Notes: generated by a model not told the origin, from the sequence alone. A DNA stretch of 64,000 nt from Nitrospirota bacterium (GCA_963754875.1 CAVWHO010000020.1:288001-352000); one strand, 5' to 3'. Shown: positions 1 through 10,835, numbered from the stretch's first letter. Numbers and translations are program-made.

Positions 1-797
1 TCATCCGCGATCATTAAGACATTGTATTTCGTACACAGTTCCCGGATTTTCTTCAGATAGCCCGGCGGCTGCATGAGCATGCCGGCAGCACCCTGTACGA
101 GGGGTTCGATGATCAGCGCAGCGGTCACCGAGGCATATTTCTGGATCGTTCTTTCGGCGTGCACAAAACAGGTGTTCTGGCATTCCGGGTAGTTTAGTCC
201 ATACTTGCAGCGATAACAGTGCGGCGACTCGATCTTGTAGGTCTGGAAGAGGAGCGGTTTATACATCCGGTGGAAGAGATTCATCCCCCCCACGCTTACT
301 GACCCGATAGTGTCACCGTGATATGCTTCAGTGAATGAAATGAATCCCGTCTTTTTTTGATATGGGGCGCCCTTCTGCTGCCAATATTGAAACGATATCT
401 TCAGGGCGATCTCCACGGAAGTGGAACCGCTGTCGGAATAGAAAACCTTCGTAAGGCCTTTCGGCGCGATCTTAATCAGTTTTTGTGCCAGGCGTACAGC
501 AGGGATATTCGACAGCCCGAGCATGGTGGAGTGGCTGATTTTTTTAAGCTGCATTGCAACGGCAGCATCAATCTCTTTTTTACGGTGGCCATGGACCGTG
601 ACCCAGAGCGAGGAGACGCCGTCAATATAGTGTTTGCCGTGAATGTCGGTGAGTGTGCACCCTTTGCCGCTCTCGATAATAATCTGTTTCTCTTTTCCCC
701 AGTCCTGCATCTGGGTGAAAGGGTGCCAGATATATTTTTTATCCAGCGTTTCCAACTCCTGTGCGGCTTGTTGTTTTTTGGAGCGTTGATGCGCCAC
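1..797 (-). CDS. bioA: Adenosylmethionine-8-amino-7-oxononanoate aminotransferase; 3' end runs off the window start
   Basis: Absent from the ORF track; translated by hand from GTG at 797: MAHQRSKKQQAAQELETLDKKYIWHPFTQM...KVFYSDSGSTSVEIALK...AYHGDTIG...IIEPLVQGAAGM...LMIAD. These are class III PLP aminotransferase/BioA motifs. Confidence 0.93.
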   Translation of the reverse strand, partial: MAHQRSKKQQAAQELETLDKKYIWHPFTQMQDWGKEKQIIIESGKGCTLTDIHGKHYIDGVSSLWVTVHGHRKKEIDAAVAMQLKKISHSTMLGLSNIPAVRLAQKLIKIAPKGLTKVFYSDSGSTSVEIALKISFQYWQQKGAPYQKKTGFISFTEAYHGDTIGSVSVGGMNLFHRMYKPLLFQTYKIESPHCYRCKYGLNYPECQNTCFVHAERTIQKYASVTAALIIEPLVQGAAGMLMQPPGYLKKIRELCTKYNVLMIAD

Positions 798-844
798 TGT
801 CGGATTGCCCCTTCTTTTTTAAATTCGTACAAAATCTGCACGAT

Positions 845-872
845 ATTATAGTTCGAACGCATTTTTTGTCAA
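845..872 (-). promoter_or_regulatory. sigma70-type promoter of bioA
   Basis: Minus strand reads TTGACA-N16-TATAAT, both hexamers perfect, about 50 nt upstream of the bioA start. Confidence 0.7.
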
Positions 873-997
873 TAATAAAAAGGCTTGAAAACTCTCACTT
901 CTTTCTGGTAAGATAACATGATCGGGAAGAAAACATGCAAATCCATGCCGCGGCGAAACCTTTTTCCCCAACCAACCCGGGAGGTTTATTCGTAATC

Positions 998-2506
998 ATG
1001 CTCAATAAAAAGAAATTTTATCTATCCGCAGCCTTTATACTTGTTCTGGGCGTGTTTGTAGGCCTTGTATTGTCATCGCATATCGGTATCATGTCGCCGC
1101 TGCCGGCAAAGAGCCAGTTATCGGCTAAATCGGTAGACCTCCTGACACAGCTCAGCGACGCACAGTCCGAGGTCGCAGCGGTTGCTACACCATCGGTTGT
1201 GAATATTTCCACAACGAGGGTGATCAAGTCGCGAGAAGAAGTGCCGTTCGATCTTTTCGACGATCCGTTCTTCAGGAGATTTTTCGGTGACCAGTTCCCC
1301 CACCCCAATGCACCGAAAGAACACAAGGAGCAGAGCCTGGGTTCCGGTGTAATCGTGTCTGAAGACGGCTATATCGTAACGAACAACCACGTGATAGAAA
1401 AGGCCCAGGAGATAAAAGTACTTCTCTTAAACAAGAAGGACTATGATGCCAAACTTGTGGGCGCTGACCCGAAAACCGATATCGCCGTCATTAAAATCGA
1501 TGCCAAAGGGTTGCCCGCGCTGCCATGGGGCGATTCCAATAAATTGAAAGTGGGCGAGATAGTGTTCGCGGTCGGAAACCCATTCGGACTTAACCAGACA
1601 GTAACGAGAGGGATCATCAGCGCTGTCGGACGGGCCAATGTGGGCATTGCTGATTACGAGGACTTCATCCAAACCGATGCGGCCATCAATCCCGGAAATT
1701 CCGGCGGCGCCCTCGTCAACGCCCGGGGTGAGCTGATCGGCATCAATACCGCGATCCTTTCTCGGACCGGCGGCTATCAGGGCATCGGATTCGCCGTGCC
1801 GAGCAGCATGGCGCGGCAGGTGATGGACAGTCTCGTAAAATATAAAAAAGTGGTGCGCGGCTGGCTCGGTGTCAGCATCCAGGAAGTCACGTCCGATCTT
1901 GCCGAGGAGTTCGGCGTCAAAGACTTGAAAGGCGCGCTTGTGAGCGGCGTGATGAAGGGAAGTCCGGCGGAAAAGGCGGGGATAAAGCAGGGAGACGTGA
2001 TACTTCAGTATAATGGCAAGGTCATTGAGGACACGGGACATCTGAGGAATATGGTCTCCCAAACACCGATCGGCACAACGGTAAAAGTAAAAGTTCTCCG
2101 ACAGAAGAAGGAAATCGAACTGGACGTCACCATTGTCGAACTGCCGAAAAAGCTGGCCGAGGCATCGACGTCGACGGGTCAGGAAGAACACGGCAAGGCG
2201 ACGAATGAGGGAGAAAGTACGGCCTTGGCCGGGCTGGTTGTTCATCAGCTGACGCCGGACCTCGCGCGGCGATTCGGTTATGATGAAAATGAAAATGGTG
2301 TCGTCGTCGTCAAAGTGGAAACCGACAGTAAGATCGCCGAAGCAGGGATCAAACCCGGAGATATCATCCTTCAGATTAACCAAAAAAATGTGGCTACGAT
2401 AGAAGAATTCAAGAAGATGTCATCAAAGATAAAAGCAAAAGAGAGACTCCTGTTTCTTATTCGCAGGAAGGGGCAAGACCTGTTTGTAACTGTCAAGCCT
2501 GAATAA
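998..2506 (+). CDS. Do/DegQ (HtrA) family periplasmic serine endoprotease with two PDZ domains
   Basis: N-terminal TM/signal segment; TNNHV, TDIAV and GNSGG catalytic triad motifs; two PDZ-like regions. ATG 998 chosen over 935 because GGAGG lies upstream. Confidence 0.95.
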   Translation: MLNKKKFYLSAAFILVLGVFVGLVLSSHIGIMSPLPAKSQLSAKSVDLLTQLSDAQSEVAAVATPSVVNISTTRVIKSREEVPFDLFDDPFFRRFFGDQFPHPNAPKEHKEQSLGSGVIVSEDGYIVTNNHVIEKAQEIKVLLLNKKDYDAKLVGADPKTDIAVIKIDAKGLPALPWGDSNKLKVGEIVFAVGNPFGLNQTVTRGIISAVGRANVGIADYEDFIQTDAAINPGNSGGALVNARGELIGINTAILSRTGGYQGIGFAVPSSMARQVMDSLVKYKKVVRGWLGVSIQEVTSDLAEEFGVKDLKGALVSGVMKGSPAEKAGIKQGDVILQYNGKVIEDTGHLRNMVSQTPIGTTVKVKVLRQKKEIELDVTIVELPKKLAEASTSTGQEEHGKATNEGESTALAGLVVHQLTPDLARRFGYDENENGVVVVKVETDSKIAEAGIKPGDIILQINQKNVATIEEFKKMSSKIKAKERLLFLIRRKGQDLFVTVKPE

Positions 2507-2610
2507 CTCGATTCCCTCTCATGGTTTGTTCCTTCAGTCCCGCGACTTGGAGTCCACCGGCTCCCGCCGGGGAGGATGCGCCGTAACCCGCGGGAGGTCG
2601 TGTAAGTATT

Positions 2611-2640
2611 TGGAGCCTCCGGCTCCTGCCGGAGGCTCCA
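2611..2640. terminator. Perfect 13-bp stem-loop between the protease and PIN/TRAM genes; terminator or RNA-stability hairpin
   Basis: TGGAGCCTCCGGC-TCCT-GCCGGAGGCTCCA. No clear U-tract follows. Confidence 0.45.
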
Positions 2641-2701
2641 CTCGGCTGTTGAGTAATCCATATCATCATATTTCATTTCAGGTGGAAAGGAGGTGAGAAT
2701 A

Positions 2702-3721
2702 ATGGGACGTATCCTTATTCGCATTTTGTTTGTTTTTTTAAGCACCCTGCTCGGGTACTATGTGTCTACGCAGCTTTATGACCAGGTCAGCAAGATCGAA
2801 GGCATGGTAGTCGGCTTCAGTGTGGCGGTATTGATCATCCTTACCGAATTTTTGTTTAGACGGGTCTCATTAAAGGTCATCATCGGTGGTATCCTCGGTT
2901 TCATTCTCGGGCTGACGTCCGCGAATATTATTGCGGCCCCCCTCAAGCTCGTACCACTCGAAAGGAGCATTGTAAATTTCATCCTGCTCCTCATGAACGG
3001 TTTTTTTGGGTACATCGGCATTATGATTGGTATTCGGGAAGGTGAACGGTTTAATCCCGCCAATATCAAAAAGCTGTTTAAAAGCGGCGGCGAAGAGAAT
3101 ATTAAAATCATGGACACAAGCGTGATCATCGACGGCCGGATCGCCGATGTGTGTGAAACGGAGTTTTTGGACGGCACGATCATCATTCCCCAGTTTATCC
3201 TGCACGAGCTTCAGCATATTGCCGATTCTTCGGACTCGTTGAAGCGGGCGCGCGGCAGAAGGGGACTTGATATTCTTCACCGAATCCAGAAGATGAGCCA
3301 TATGGAGGTCCGTATCGTCGAAGAGGACTTTCCCAAGATCCGTGAGGTCGACAGTAAACTGATTGCACTGGCCAAAAAGCTCGGCGCGAAAGTCATCACC
3401 AATGACTTCAACCTGAACAAAGTTGCGGAACTCCAGGGCGTGAAAGTGCTGAATATCAATGACCTCTCGAACGCCGTGAAGCCGGTCGCCCTTCCCGGCG
3501 AGAGCATGCGCGTCTTCGTTCTTAAGGAAGGCAAAGAACCAGGCCAAGGAGTTGCTTACCTCGATGATGGCACGATGATCGTGGTTGAAAACGGGCGAAA
3601 GCATATCAACAAAAATGTCGACGTAGCGGTTACCAGCGTGCTCCAGACCGCGGCAGGCAGGATGATTTTCACAAAACTGAAGGAAGACATGGACCACGAT
3701 CTACAGACTGCGGAACATTGA
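2702..3721 (+). CDS. Membrane PIN/TRAM domain protein (YacL-like)
   Basis: About four N-terminal TM segments; PIN motif [13 protein letters not shown] and [15 protein letters not shown] region [12 protein letters not shown]...[19 protein letters not shown]. Confidence 0.92.
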   Translation: MGRILIRILFVFLSTLLGYYVSTQLYDQVSKIEGMVVGFSVAVLIILTEFLFRRVSLKVIIGGILGFILGLTSANIIAAPLKLVPLERSIVNFILLLMNGFFGYIGIMIGIREGERFNPANIKKLFKSGGEENIKIMDTSVIIDGRIADVCETEFLDGTIIIPQFILHELQHIADSSDSLKRARGRRGLDILHRIQKMSHMEVRIVEEDFPKIREVDSKLIALAKKLGAKVITNDFNLNKVAELQGVKVLNINDLSNAVKPVALPGESMRVFVLKEGKEPGQGVAYLDDGTMIVVENGRKHINKNVDVAVTSVLQTAAGRMIFTKLKEDMDHDLQTAEH

Positions 3722-3784
3722 TGATGCCAGGAGACGATAAACAGGGAAGAATTAATGACGGTCCGGTTTTTCCCAACCTACAAA

Positions 3785-3812
3785 ATATAGTCTACATTAT
3801 ATAGTCTACATT
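3785..3812 (+). repeat. Exact 14-bp tandem duplication upstream of the yebC-family gene
   Basis: ATATAGTCTACATT occurs twice head to tail, just before the AGGAGG RBS. Confidence 0.85.
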
Positions 3813-3828
3813 TTTTTTAGGAGGTTCA

Positions 3829-4572
3829 ATGTCAGGTCATTCAAAATGGGCAACAACGAAACATAAGAAAGCCGCTACTGATGCAAAGCGGGGGAAGATC
3901 TTTACCAAACTTGCCAAAGAGATAACGGTTGCGGCCAAGCTGGGAGGCGGTGACCCGAACGGGAACCCTCGCCTCAGGACCGCGGTCGCCAAGGCAAAGG
4001 GAGTGAGTCTGCCTGCTGAAAATATCAAACGTGCGATCCAGAAAGGGACGGGCGAACTGCCGGGGGTTTCCTACGAAGAGGTCATGTATGAAGGATACGG
4101 TCCGGGCGGCGTGGCGGTCATTGTCGATGTCATGACCGACAACCGGAACCGGACGGTATCGGAGATCCGAAATATTTTCAGCAAGGCCGGAGGAAATATG
4201 GGCGAAGCAGGTTGCGTAGCCTGGATGTTCCACAAAAAGGGGTATCTGGTTGTCAATCGTACCACGGTTGATGAAGACAAGCTCATGACACTCGCCCTCG
4301 AGGCAGGTGCCGAGGACATGCAAACCGAGGATGAGAATTACGTTATCACGACACCCCCAAACGATTTCGAGAAAGTGAAAAAGGCTCTCGAAGATGGTAA
4401 CATTGCTTCCGACGTAGCAGAGGTCACAATGATTCCTCAGACCTACGTAAAGCTCGACGGCAAGGAAGCCCAGCAGATGCTACGTCTCGTTGAAACACTT
4501 GAAGACAACGATGATGTGCAGAACGTGTACGCCAACTTCGATATTCCCGAGGAAATCATGAACGCTGAGTAG
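3829..4572 (+). CDS. yebC: YebC/PmpR family protein
   Basis: [23 protein letters not shown] and DDVQNVY motifs; usual position before ruvCAB. Confidence 0.96.
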   Translation: MSGHSKWATTKHKKAATDAKRGKIFTKLAKEITVAAKLGGGDPNGNPRLRTAVAKAKGVSLPAENIKRAIQKGTGELPGVSYEEVMYEGYGPGGVAVIVDVMTDNRNRTVSEIRNIFSKAGGNMGEAGCVAWMFHKKGYLVVNRTTVDEDKLMTLALEAGAEDMQTEDENYVITTPPNDFEKVKKALEDGNIASDVAEVTMIPQTYVKLDGKEAQQMLRLVETLEDNDDVQNVYANFDIPEEIMNAE

Positions 4573-4722
4573 TGTGCAGCAGTCATTGTATACCGAAACG
4601 GATAGTGGGAAGTTAATTTGGGGAAAATGAAGGCGGTTTTCTCTCATTTTCTGTATTTTCCACTATTCAATCTTTAAGCTCCAATTTCTCAAGGCTTTTT
4701 TGTTCCATTAAGGGGGGGGCAT

Positions 4723-5295
4723 ATGAGAGTGCTGGGGATAGACCCGGGAACGCTCACGAGCGGTTATGGAATCGTGGCGGAAGAAGATCACAAACTCTTT
4801 CATGTTGTTTCGGGAGGCATCAGTCCCTCGGCAAAACAGCCTTTCCCGAAACGGCTCAAAAAAATCTACGAGGAGCTCGAAAAGATCATCGTCAAATATC
4901 GACCTCAGGCTGTCGTTGTCGAAGACCTGTTTGTTTCGAAAAATATCAAATCGGCGCTCAAGCTGGGCCACGCGCGGGGCGTTGCAATCCTCGCAGCCAT
5001 GAACGCCGGGTTGCCGGTTTTCGAATATGCTCCGTTGGAAGTGAAGCAGGCGGTCGTCGGCTACGGAAAAGCGGAGAAGAAACAGGTGCAACTCATGGTC
5101 AAGGCCCTGCTTGATCTTCCCAAAGTTCCTCACCCGGCCGATGCCGCCGATGCGCTCGCCGCGGCGATCTGTCATATTCATTCTTCGAGGCTGCGGGAAG
5201 TTCTCAAGAATTCGGCCGCATTGAAGCAAATGGGCAGGGTGGGCAGTGCACTGCGCGGTGCAGACAAACGCACCATCCCTTCGGGACTGCGGTAG
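4723..5295 (+). CDS. ruvC: Crossover junction endodeoxyribonuclease RuvC
   Basis: RVLGIDPG, VVVEDLF, LGHARG and DAADALAAAICH motifs. Confidence 0.96.
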   Translation: MRVLGIDPGTLTSGYGIVAEEDHKLFHVVSGGISPSAKQPFPKRLKKIYEELEKIIVKYRPQAVVVEDLFVSKNIKSALKLGHARGVAILAAMNAGLPVFEYAPLEVKQAVVGYGKAEKKQVQLMVKALLDLPKVPHPADAADALAAAICHIHSSRLREVLKNSAALKQMGRVGSALRGADKRTIPSGLR

Positions 5296-5305
5296 GCGGG
5301 ATGGG

Positions 5306-5905
5306 ATGATAGCTTCTCTCACGGGCAGACTGAGACGCAAAGCAAACGATTACCTGGTCGTTGATGTTGCCGGCGTCGGCTACCAGGTGCAGGTCCCGCT
5401 GTCAACCTACTGCAGCATTCCCGAAATCGGCGACGAAGTCAGCCTGCATATCCATACTTATGTCCGCGAAGATTCTCTGTTGCTGTTCGGTTTTTTAGAA
5501 GAATCCGAAAAAGAGATGTTTCTGCTCCTGATGGGCGTATCCGGTATCGGTCCCAAGCTTGCCCTTTCCGTTCTGTCCTGCCTGTCTGTTAACGATCTGT
5601 GCGCTGCTATTTGTTCTTCCGACGATTCAAAGTTGTGCACGATCTCCGGCATTGGCAAGAAAACGGCAGCACGCATGGTCCTCGAATTAAAGGACAAAAT
5701 GAAGCTTCTGTCCATAAACCGACCGGAGAAGGGCATGATGCCCGCAGTGTCAGATGATGTAGAAGATGCCATTTCCGCTCTCGTAAACCTGGGATATAAA
5801 AAGCCTCTTGCGGAAGACGTGCTAAAAAAAATCAAGCAACGAAAGCCCGGTGCCGCAATCGAAGATCTTATCCGGGAAGCATTGAGCGTTTTGATGAAAA
5901 GATAA
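5306..5905 (+). CDS. ruvA: Holliday junction branch migration protein RuvA
   Basis: MIASLTG, DVAGVGY, SGIGPKLAL, GIGKKTAARMVLELK and ALVNLGY motifs. Confidence 0.96.
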   Translation: MIASLTGRLRRKANDYLVVDVAGVGYQVQVPLSTYCSIPEIGDEVSLHIHTYVREDSLLLFGFLEESEKEMFLLLMGVSGIGPKLALSVLSCLSVNDLCAAICSSDDSKLCTISGIGKKTAARMVLELKDKMKLLSINRPEKGMMPAVSDDVEDAISALVNLGYKKPLAEDVLKKIKQRKPGAAIEDLIREALSVLMKR

Positions 5906-5969
5906 ATCCACAGCAGCTGTTTGCCGATCTATTTCCTGTCTCCGTTCCACTGCAAGGGAGAAGTAATCT

Positions 5970-6989
5970 GTGCCTGAGAGAATCATAGAGCCTGAACAAA
6001 ATGAAGACGATGTGCTGCTTGACCGAAGCCTGAGGCCCCTCCGATTCGAGGATTTCGTGGGCCAGGACCGCATCAAGGAGAATCTCCACATATTCATCGA
6101 AGCAGCGAAAGGGAGGCGTGAGGCTCTTGACCACGTTCTTTTTTGCGGGCCGCCGGGCCTTGGGAAAACGACGCTGGCGAACATCATCGCGCACGAGATG
6201 GGCGTGAGTATCAAGTCGACCTCCGGTCCTGTCCTGGAGCGTGCCGGCGACCTGGCAGCAATCCTGACCAACCTGGAACCTCACGACGTTCTTTTTATCG
6301 ACGAGATTCACCGCTTGAACCGTGTTGTGGAGGAGATACTCTATCCGGCCATGGAGGATTTTCAGCTGGATATTATTGTCGGCCAGGGGCCCGGCGCACG
6401 CTCCATTAAGCTTGAGTTGCCGCACTTCACGCTCGTGGGTGCCACCACGAGGACCGGCCTCCTCACCTCTCCGCTCCGCGATCGCTTCGGTGTCATCGAC
6501 CGACTCAGTTTTTATGATTCCGACGAACTCACGAGCATTATTAAGCGCTCAGCAGGCCTGCTCCAGACGGCAATTAATGATTCGGCGGCCGCAGAAATAG
6601 CCCGACGCTCGCGGGGGACCCCCCGTGTCGCCAACCGGCTCCTCCGCAGGGTACGGGATTTTGCCCAAGTCGAGGGAGACGGAACGATCACTCCGGATCT
6701 CGTCACGAGTTCCATGAAAAGGCTGGAGGTCGATGAGAAGGGGTTCGACCATATGGACCGCAAACTGCTCCTCACTATCATCGACAAATTCGAGGGCGGG
6801 CCGGTGGGGCTCGATACCTTGGCGGCAGCGCTCAATGAAGAAAGGGACACTCTTGAGGACGTTTATGAACCGTTCTTGATCCAGGAAGGCTTTCTTGACA
6901 GGACGCCGCGCGGCAGGCAGGCAACACGCCTTTCTTATGAATATTTCGGCAAAGTAAGACCCGCATCAACCCAGGAGAAGCTCCTGTAA
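5970..6989 (+). CDS. ruvB: Holliday junction branch migration helicase RuvB
   Basis: SLRP, Walker [24 protein letters not shown] and RTPRGR motifs. Confidence 0.97.
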   Translation: MPERIIEPEQNEDDVLLDRSLRPLRFEDFVGQDRIKENLHIFIEAAKGRREALDHVLFCGPPGLGKTTLANIIAHEMGVSIKSTSGPVLERAGDLAAILTNLEPHDVLFIDEIHRLNRVVEEILYPAMEDFQLDIIVGQGPGARSIKLELPHFTLVGATTRTGLLTSPLRDRFGVIDRLSFYDSDELTSIIKRSAGLLQTAINDSAAAEIARRSRGTPRVANRLLRRVRDFAQVEGDGTITPDLVTSSMKRLEVDEKGFDHMDRKLLLTIIDKFEGGPVGLDTLAAALNEERDTLEDVYEPFLIQEGFLDRTPRGRQATRLSYEYFGKVRPASTQEKLL

Positions 6990-7142
6990 ATTGTTGAGCA
7001 GGTTTCTGTTCCACTGCGTTCGTCCTCGTTCTTTATGAACCGCAGGCGGTGTTAATTGTTTGCCGTCCTGCTTCAGCCGTTGACCGGAGAAGCGGACTGA
7101 GAAACAGAACAAAGAACACCGGTCCGCTCGGGGAGTTATATC

Positions 7143-7685
7143 GTGGAGATCCTCTTTCATATATGCTGTGCACCGTGCGCACTCTATCCTTATTACCGAC
7201 TGAAGGAAGAAGGGCACGACCCTACCGGGTATTTTTACAATCCCAATATCCACCCCTATCAAGAGTACAAAAAAAGACTAGATACAGTCAAGGATTTCGC
7301 CGGCCGCGTTGGGCTCGAAGTCGTTTACCGGGACGGATATGATCTCGATCAGTTTCTCCTGTGTGTTGCAGGGAAGGGCGCCCTGAGGTGCGAACACTGT
7401 TATCGGATGAGACTTGATGCGGCGGGAGCAACGGCAAAAGAAAAGGGTTTTCGTTTTTTTACGACATCTCTCTTATACAGTAAGTACCAGAAACACGACC
7501 TGATCGTCGGCGTCGGAAGGGAAATGGCTTCAACCTACGGGGTCGAGTTCTATTATGAGGACTTTCGCCGGGGATGGCGTGAAGGGATTGTCGAATCCAA
7601 AGCCATGGGGCTCTATCGGCAGCAGTACTGCGGTTGCATATACAGCGAGCAGGACCGATATCGTAAAACACCGGACCTGACTTGA
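7143..7685 (+). CDS. queH: Epoxyqueuosine reductase QueH (DUF208)
   Basis: HICCAPC, YNPNIHP, CEHCY and YRQQYCGC motifs. Confidence 0.9.
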   Translation: MEILFHICCAPCALYPYYRLKEEGHDPTGYFYNPNIHPYQEYKKRLDTVKDFAGRVGLEVVYRDGYDLDQFLLCVAGKGALRCEHCYRMRLDAAGATAKEKGFRFFTTSLLYSKYQKHDLIVGVGREMASTYGVEFYYEDFRRGWREGIVESKAMGLYRQQYCGCIYSEQDRYRKTPDLT

Positions 7686-7713
7686 GGTCGTCAAGGGGAC
7701 ATTTCTCGCCAGT

Positions 7714-8791
7714 ATGCGTGTAAAAATTATTTTGTTCATCATCTGTCTGCTTCAGTATCCCTGCCCTAACGCTCGGGTCTGAAACCATCCGCGTCGCAAT
7801 AGCTGACAACCAGAAAACGGTGTCCCTCCAGTCATCATCGGGACTGATCGCCGCGGGACAATCAACAAGCCACGGTGGAAAAAAGTTGTTCTACAGCGCG
7901 GCTTCCGTCGGCGCGGGTCTAGTGCGCTTCAGGTCCGCCGGCGCGGTCATCCAGGTAAACGGCAAAGGATATCGTGGCTGGGTGGAAATCAGGAAAAAGA
8001 AAAACGGTCTACTGCTAGTCGTTAATGAACTGGATATCGAGGAGTACCTCAAGGGTGTAGTTGCCGCAGAGATACCTCCGGACTGGAATTTCGAAGCACT
8101 GAAAGCCCAGGCCGTAGCATCACGCACCTACGCCATCTACCAGAAACAATCGGCCGGCAAAAGACCGTATCACATCCTGGCCACCGTGGACAGCCAGGTT
8201 TATTCGGGGAACAGGGGAGAGCATCCGCAAGCGGTACGTGCTGTTCGGGAGACGAGGGGCGTCGTCATTACGTACCACGGCGAGATCATCCCCGCATTCT
8301 ATCATTCCAGTTGCGGCGGGCACACGGAAAACGCTGCCGAACTTTGGGGAATCGACAAACCGTACCTCAAGGGTGTTGATTGCGATTGCCAGGAAATATC
8401 GAAATACGGACTCTGGGAGAAACGGGTGCCCTTGTCCGAGGTGCTCAGTGCGCTTAGGAAACAGGGATACCGGCTGCATGACATTCTCGATATGGGCATA
8501 GGAGACATCACTCCTGCGGGTCGTGTTAAGGAAGTTGTCATCACGCACGGGGGCGGAAAACTTATGGTGCCTGCAGAAGATCTCAGGGCCGCCCTCGGGA
8601 ATACGCAGATTCCGAGTGTTTTTTTTGAGCTGGAGCTCGCCGGCCGGGAGGCTGTTTTTTCCGGAAGGGGGCGGGGACATGGGGTGGGGTTGTGTCAATG
8701 GGGCGCAGAAGAAATGGCACTCCGAGGGTATGATTATCAAGCCATATTGATCCACTATTATCCCGGTACGAAACTCACTAGACTTGAATAG
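7714..8791 (+). pseudogene. SpoIID/LytB domain protein with a +1 frameshift in the signal-peptide region (true lesion or sequencing error)
   Basis: ORF 7820-8791 has EEYLKGVV, EALKAQAVASRTY, SQVY and GHGVGLCQWGA motifs. ATG 7714 encodes MRVKIILFIICLLQYP in another frame; deleting one C at 7759-7761 joins it as ...QYPALTLGSETIRVAIAD. Confidence 0.85.
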
Positions 8792-8826
8792 ACCTGCATG
8801 CAGGAAAGTCCGGTACATCATTTTTC

Positions 8827-8856
8827 TTGACAGAGATTCAGTATCGACTATACAAT
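8827..8856 (+). promoter_or_regulatory. sigma70-type promoter of the TPR gene; possibly a leaderless transcript
   Basis: TTGACA-N18-TACAAT, with ATG 8864 only 7 nt after the -10 hexamer. Confidence 0.55.
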
Positions 8857-8863
8857 GAGGCGT

Positions 8864-9655
8864 ATGAAAAAATCAAACAAACAGAACAAGGCGAACAGAA
8901 CGATCAAAACGAGCGTGGCGAACGTCCCCCCGAACGGTCCATTCGTTCTCATTTCCATGGCGTTGTCTTTCGTTCTCATCTGCGTTTTTGCCGCTGCCAC
9001 ATACGAGAGAAACAGCATCTATCACAGCCATGTCACGCTTTGGGCAGAAGTGGTCAAAAAGGCGCCGAACAAGCGGAGGGCCCATGAAAATTACGGCCAG
9101 GCGCTTTCTTCCGAGGGTTATTATATCGAAGCGGAGAAAGAGTTCAAGACCGTCATGGCACTGCCGGACGACGGCAGTGTCCCCCTGCGCGATCTGTACC
9201 GCGAGATCGGCGTCGTTGATTTCAGGATCGGAAAGTTCGATGATGCCATTGTCGCCTGGCAAACAGGATTGCGCTATGCACCGAATGATCCCAGCCTTTT
9301 GAACAACCTTTCTATTGTCTATATGCAAACAGGGCGGTTTGACGAGGCAGCTGCTGCAGCACAAGCGGCACTTGCCGGCGATCCGACAATGCCCCAGGCA
9401 TTAAATACGATGGGGCAGGTTTATCTTGTGAGAAAGGACTACGATAAAGCTGTCGACTATTTCCTGAAGGCCGTCTACCGAGAGCCCGACGTTCCGGCGC
9501 GGTATTGGAACGCAGCACTGGCATTAGAACAGGCAAAGAAGATCGACCAAGCCTATGAATATGCCTCGAAGTATGCTGCCATGGAAACCGATCCTGTAGG
9601 ACGGCAGAGGGCATATGGATATATCGAGCACCTTAAACAGCTGTTACACAAGTAA
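8864..9655 (+). CDS. Membrane-anchored tetratricopeptide repeat protein resembling the C-terminal part of TMTC-like proteins
   Basis: One TM helix, then TYERNSIY...TLWAEVVKKAPNKRRAHENYG and several TPR-like repeats (NNLS, ALNTMG, YWNAA). Confidence 0.85.
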   Translation: MKKSNKQNKANRTIKTSVANVPPNGPFVLISMALSFVLICVFAAATYERNSIYHSHVTLWAEVVKKAPNKRRAHENYGQALSSEGYYIEAEKEFKTVMALPDDGSVPLRDLYREIGVVDFRIGKFDDAIVAWQTGLRYAPNDPSLLNNLSIVYMQTGRFDEAAAAAQAALAGDPTMPQALNTMGQVYLVRKDYDKAVDYFLKAVYREPDVPARYWNAALALEQAKKIDQAYEYASKYAAMETDPVGRQRAYGYIEHLKQLLHK

Positions 9656-9842
9656 AGTCATTCGCACTGATGTTAGTGCCCTTCTCTTGTCCTTCATCGG
9701 GTAAACGCCGGCTGTTCATTTCTGCAGTATTGCAGTATCCTTCCTTTCGACAAGCGCAGAACAGAGTTTGTCCCTTTGCAACCACGGAAACAGGATTTTT
9801 TTAAAGTCCACCGCTTCCTGCTCGTCTTTTCATCTCATTCCC

Positions 9843-9871
9843 TTGCAATTTCTGCTGTGATAACATAGAAT
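9843..9871 (+). promoter_or_regulatory. sigma70-type promoter of xerD
   Basis: TTGCAA-N17-TAGAAT. Confidence 0.5.
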
Positions 9872-9906
9872 TAAAATGGGCAGCAGAAATGCTTAGCAAT
9901 ACTTCC

Positions 9907-10788
9907 ATGGAAAACGAACTCCTCGAAAAATTCATCAATTTTCTGGCCGTGGAGAAAGGACTGGCACGAAACACGCTCGACTCCTATGAGCGGGACTTGC
10001 GGAAGTATTTTGATTTCATGAAAACGAAAGGGTCGGATGACATTGCCCCGTCGGATGTTTCCTCTTTTTTAGAATCGCTATCGTCGGCCGGCATCGCCGC
10101 ACCTTCAATCGCACGGTGTCTGGCCGCGCTACGGGGCTTTCATAAATACCTTATGACAGACGGGCTCAGCAGCAGAGACCCGACGATAAACCTGGAAACA
10201 CCGCGTGGATGGAAACGTCTCCCCAAAACGCTTTCCGGCGCTGATGTCGAAACACTGCTCAAACAGCCCGATCCAGCGACCCCGATCGGGCTTCGGGATA
10301 AAGCGATGCTGGAGTTGCTCTATGCTACGGGGCTTCGGGTAAGCGAATTGGTCGGCCTCAAACTGAACGATATCAATTTTGAGCGCGGCTTCCTCGTCGT
10401 GATGGGGAAAGGTTCAAAGGAACGAGCGGTCCCCTTGGGCGAAGCGGCAATTTTTTTTGTACAAACCTATCTGGACCAGGGGCGGTCTTTTCTGCTCAAG
10501 GGGAAAGATTCGGACCATCTGTTTATCAGTTCGAAACATCAGGGGATTACCCGACAGATGTTCTGGGAGCGGATCAAGCATTATACACGCAAGGCCGGCA
10601 TTGAGCGGGTCGTCTCACCGCACACGCTGCGCCATTCCTTCGCAACGCACCTGCTCGACAATGGCGCGGACCTGCGTGCGGTCCAGGCGATGCTGGGTCA
10701 TTCGGATATTTCCACAACACAGATTTACACGCACGTATCCCGGGAAAGGCTTAAGAAGATACACGAGAAGTACCACCCGAGAGGATAA
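9907..10788 (+). CDS. xerD: Site-specific tyrosine recombinase XerD
   Basis: EKGLARNT, RDKAMLELLYATGLRVSEL, SPHTLRHSFATHLL, LGHSDISTTQIY and C-terminal HPRG. Alternative start at 9889. Confidence 0.93.
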   Translation: MENELLEKFINFLAVEKGLARNTLDSYERDLRKYFDFMKTKGSDDIAPSDVSSFLESLSSAGIAAPSIARCLAALRGFHKYLMTDGLSSRDPTINLETPRGWKRLPKTLSGADVETLLKQPDPATPIGLRDKAMLELLYATGLRVSELVGLKLNDINFERGFLVVMGKGSKERAVPLGEAAIFFVQTYLDQGRSFLLKGKDSDHLFISSKHQGITRQMFWERIKHYTRKAGIERVVSPHTLRHSFATHLLDNGADLRAVQAMLGHSDISTTQIYTHVSRERLKKIHEKYHPRG

Positions 10789-10835
10789 CGAGAAGGTTCA
10801 GAGTATACAGAGAGTACAGAGTACAAAGTGAGCAT

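Noticed and set aside
357..862. ORF-track entries 357-851 (+) and 476-862 (-)
   Set aside because: They overlap the real bioA frame, which the track missed because it has no stop inside the window.
2591..2603. 13-mer CGGGAGGTCGTGT shared with 15124-15136
   Set aside because: Repeated 13-mers are expected by chance in 64 kb, and the flanks do not align.
9907..10788. Tyrosine recombinase as an island integrase
   Set aside because: Size, motifs and housekeeping context fit XerD; no att repeats or tRNA were seen.
10798..10830. CAGAGTA-like short repeats between xerD and the nucleotidyltransferase gene
   Set aside because: Short and degenerate with no spacers; not CRISPR or a dif site.
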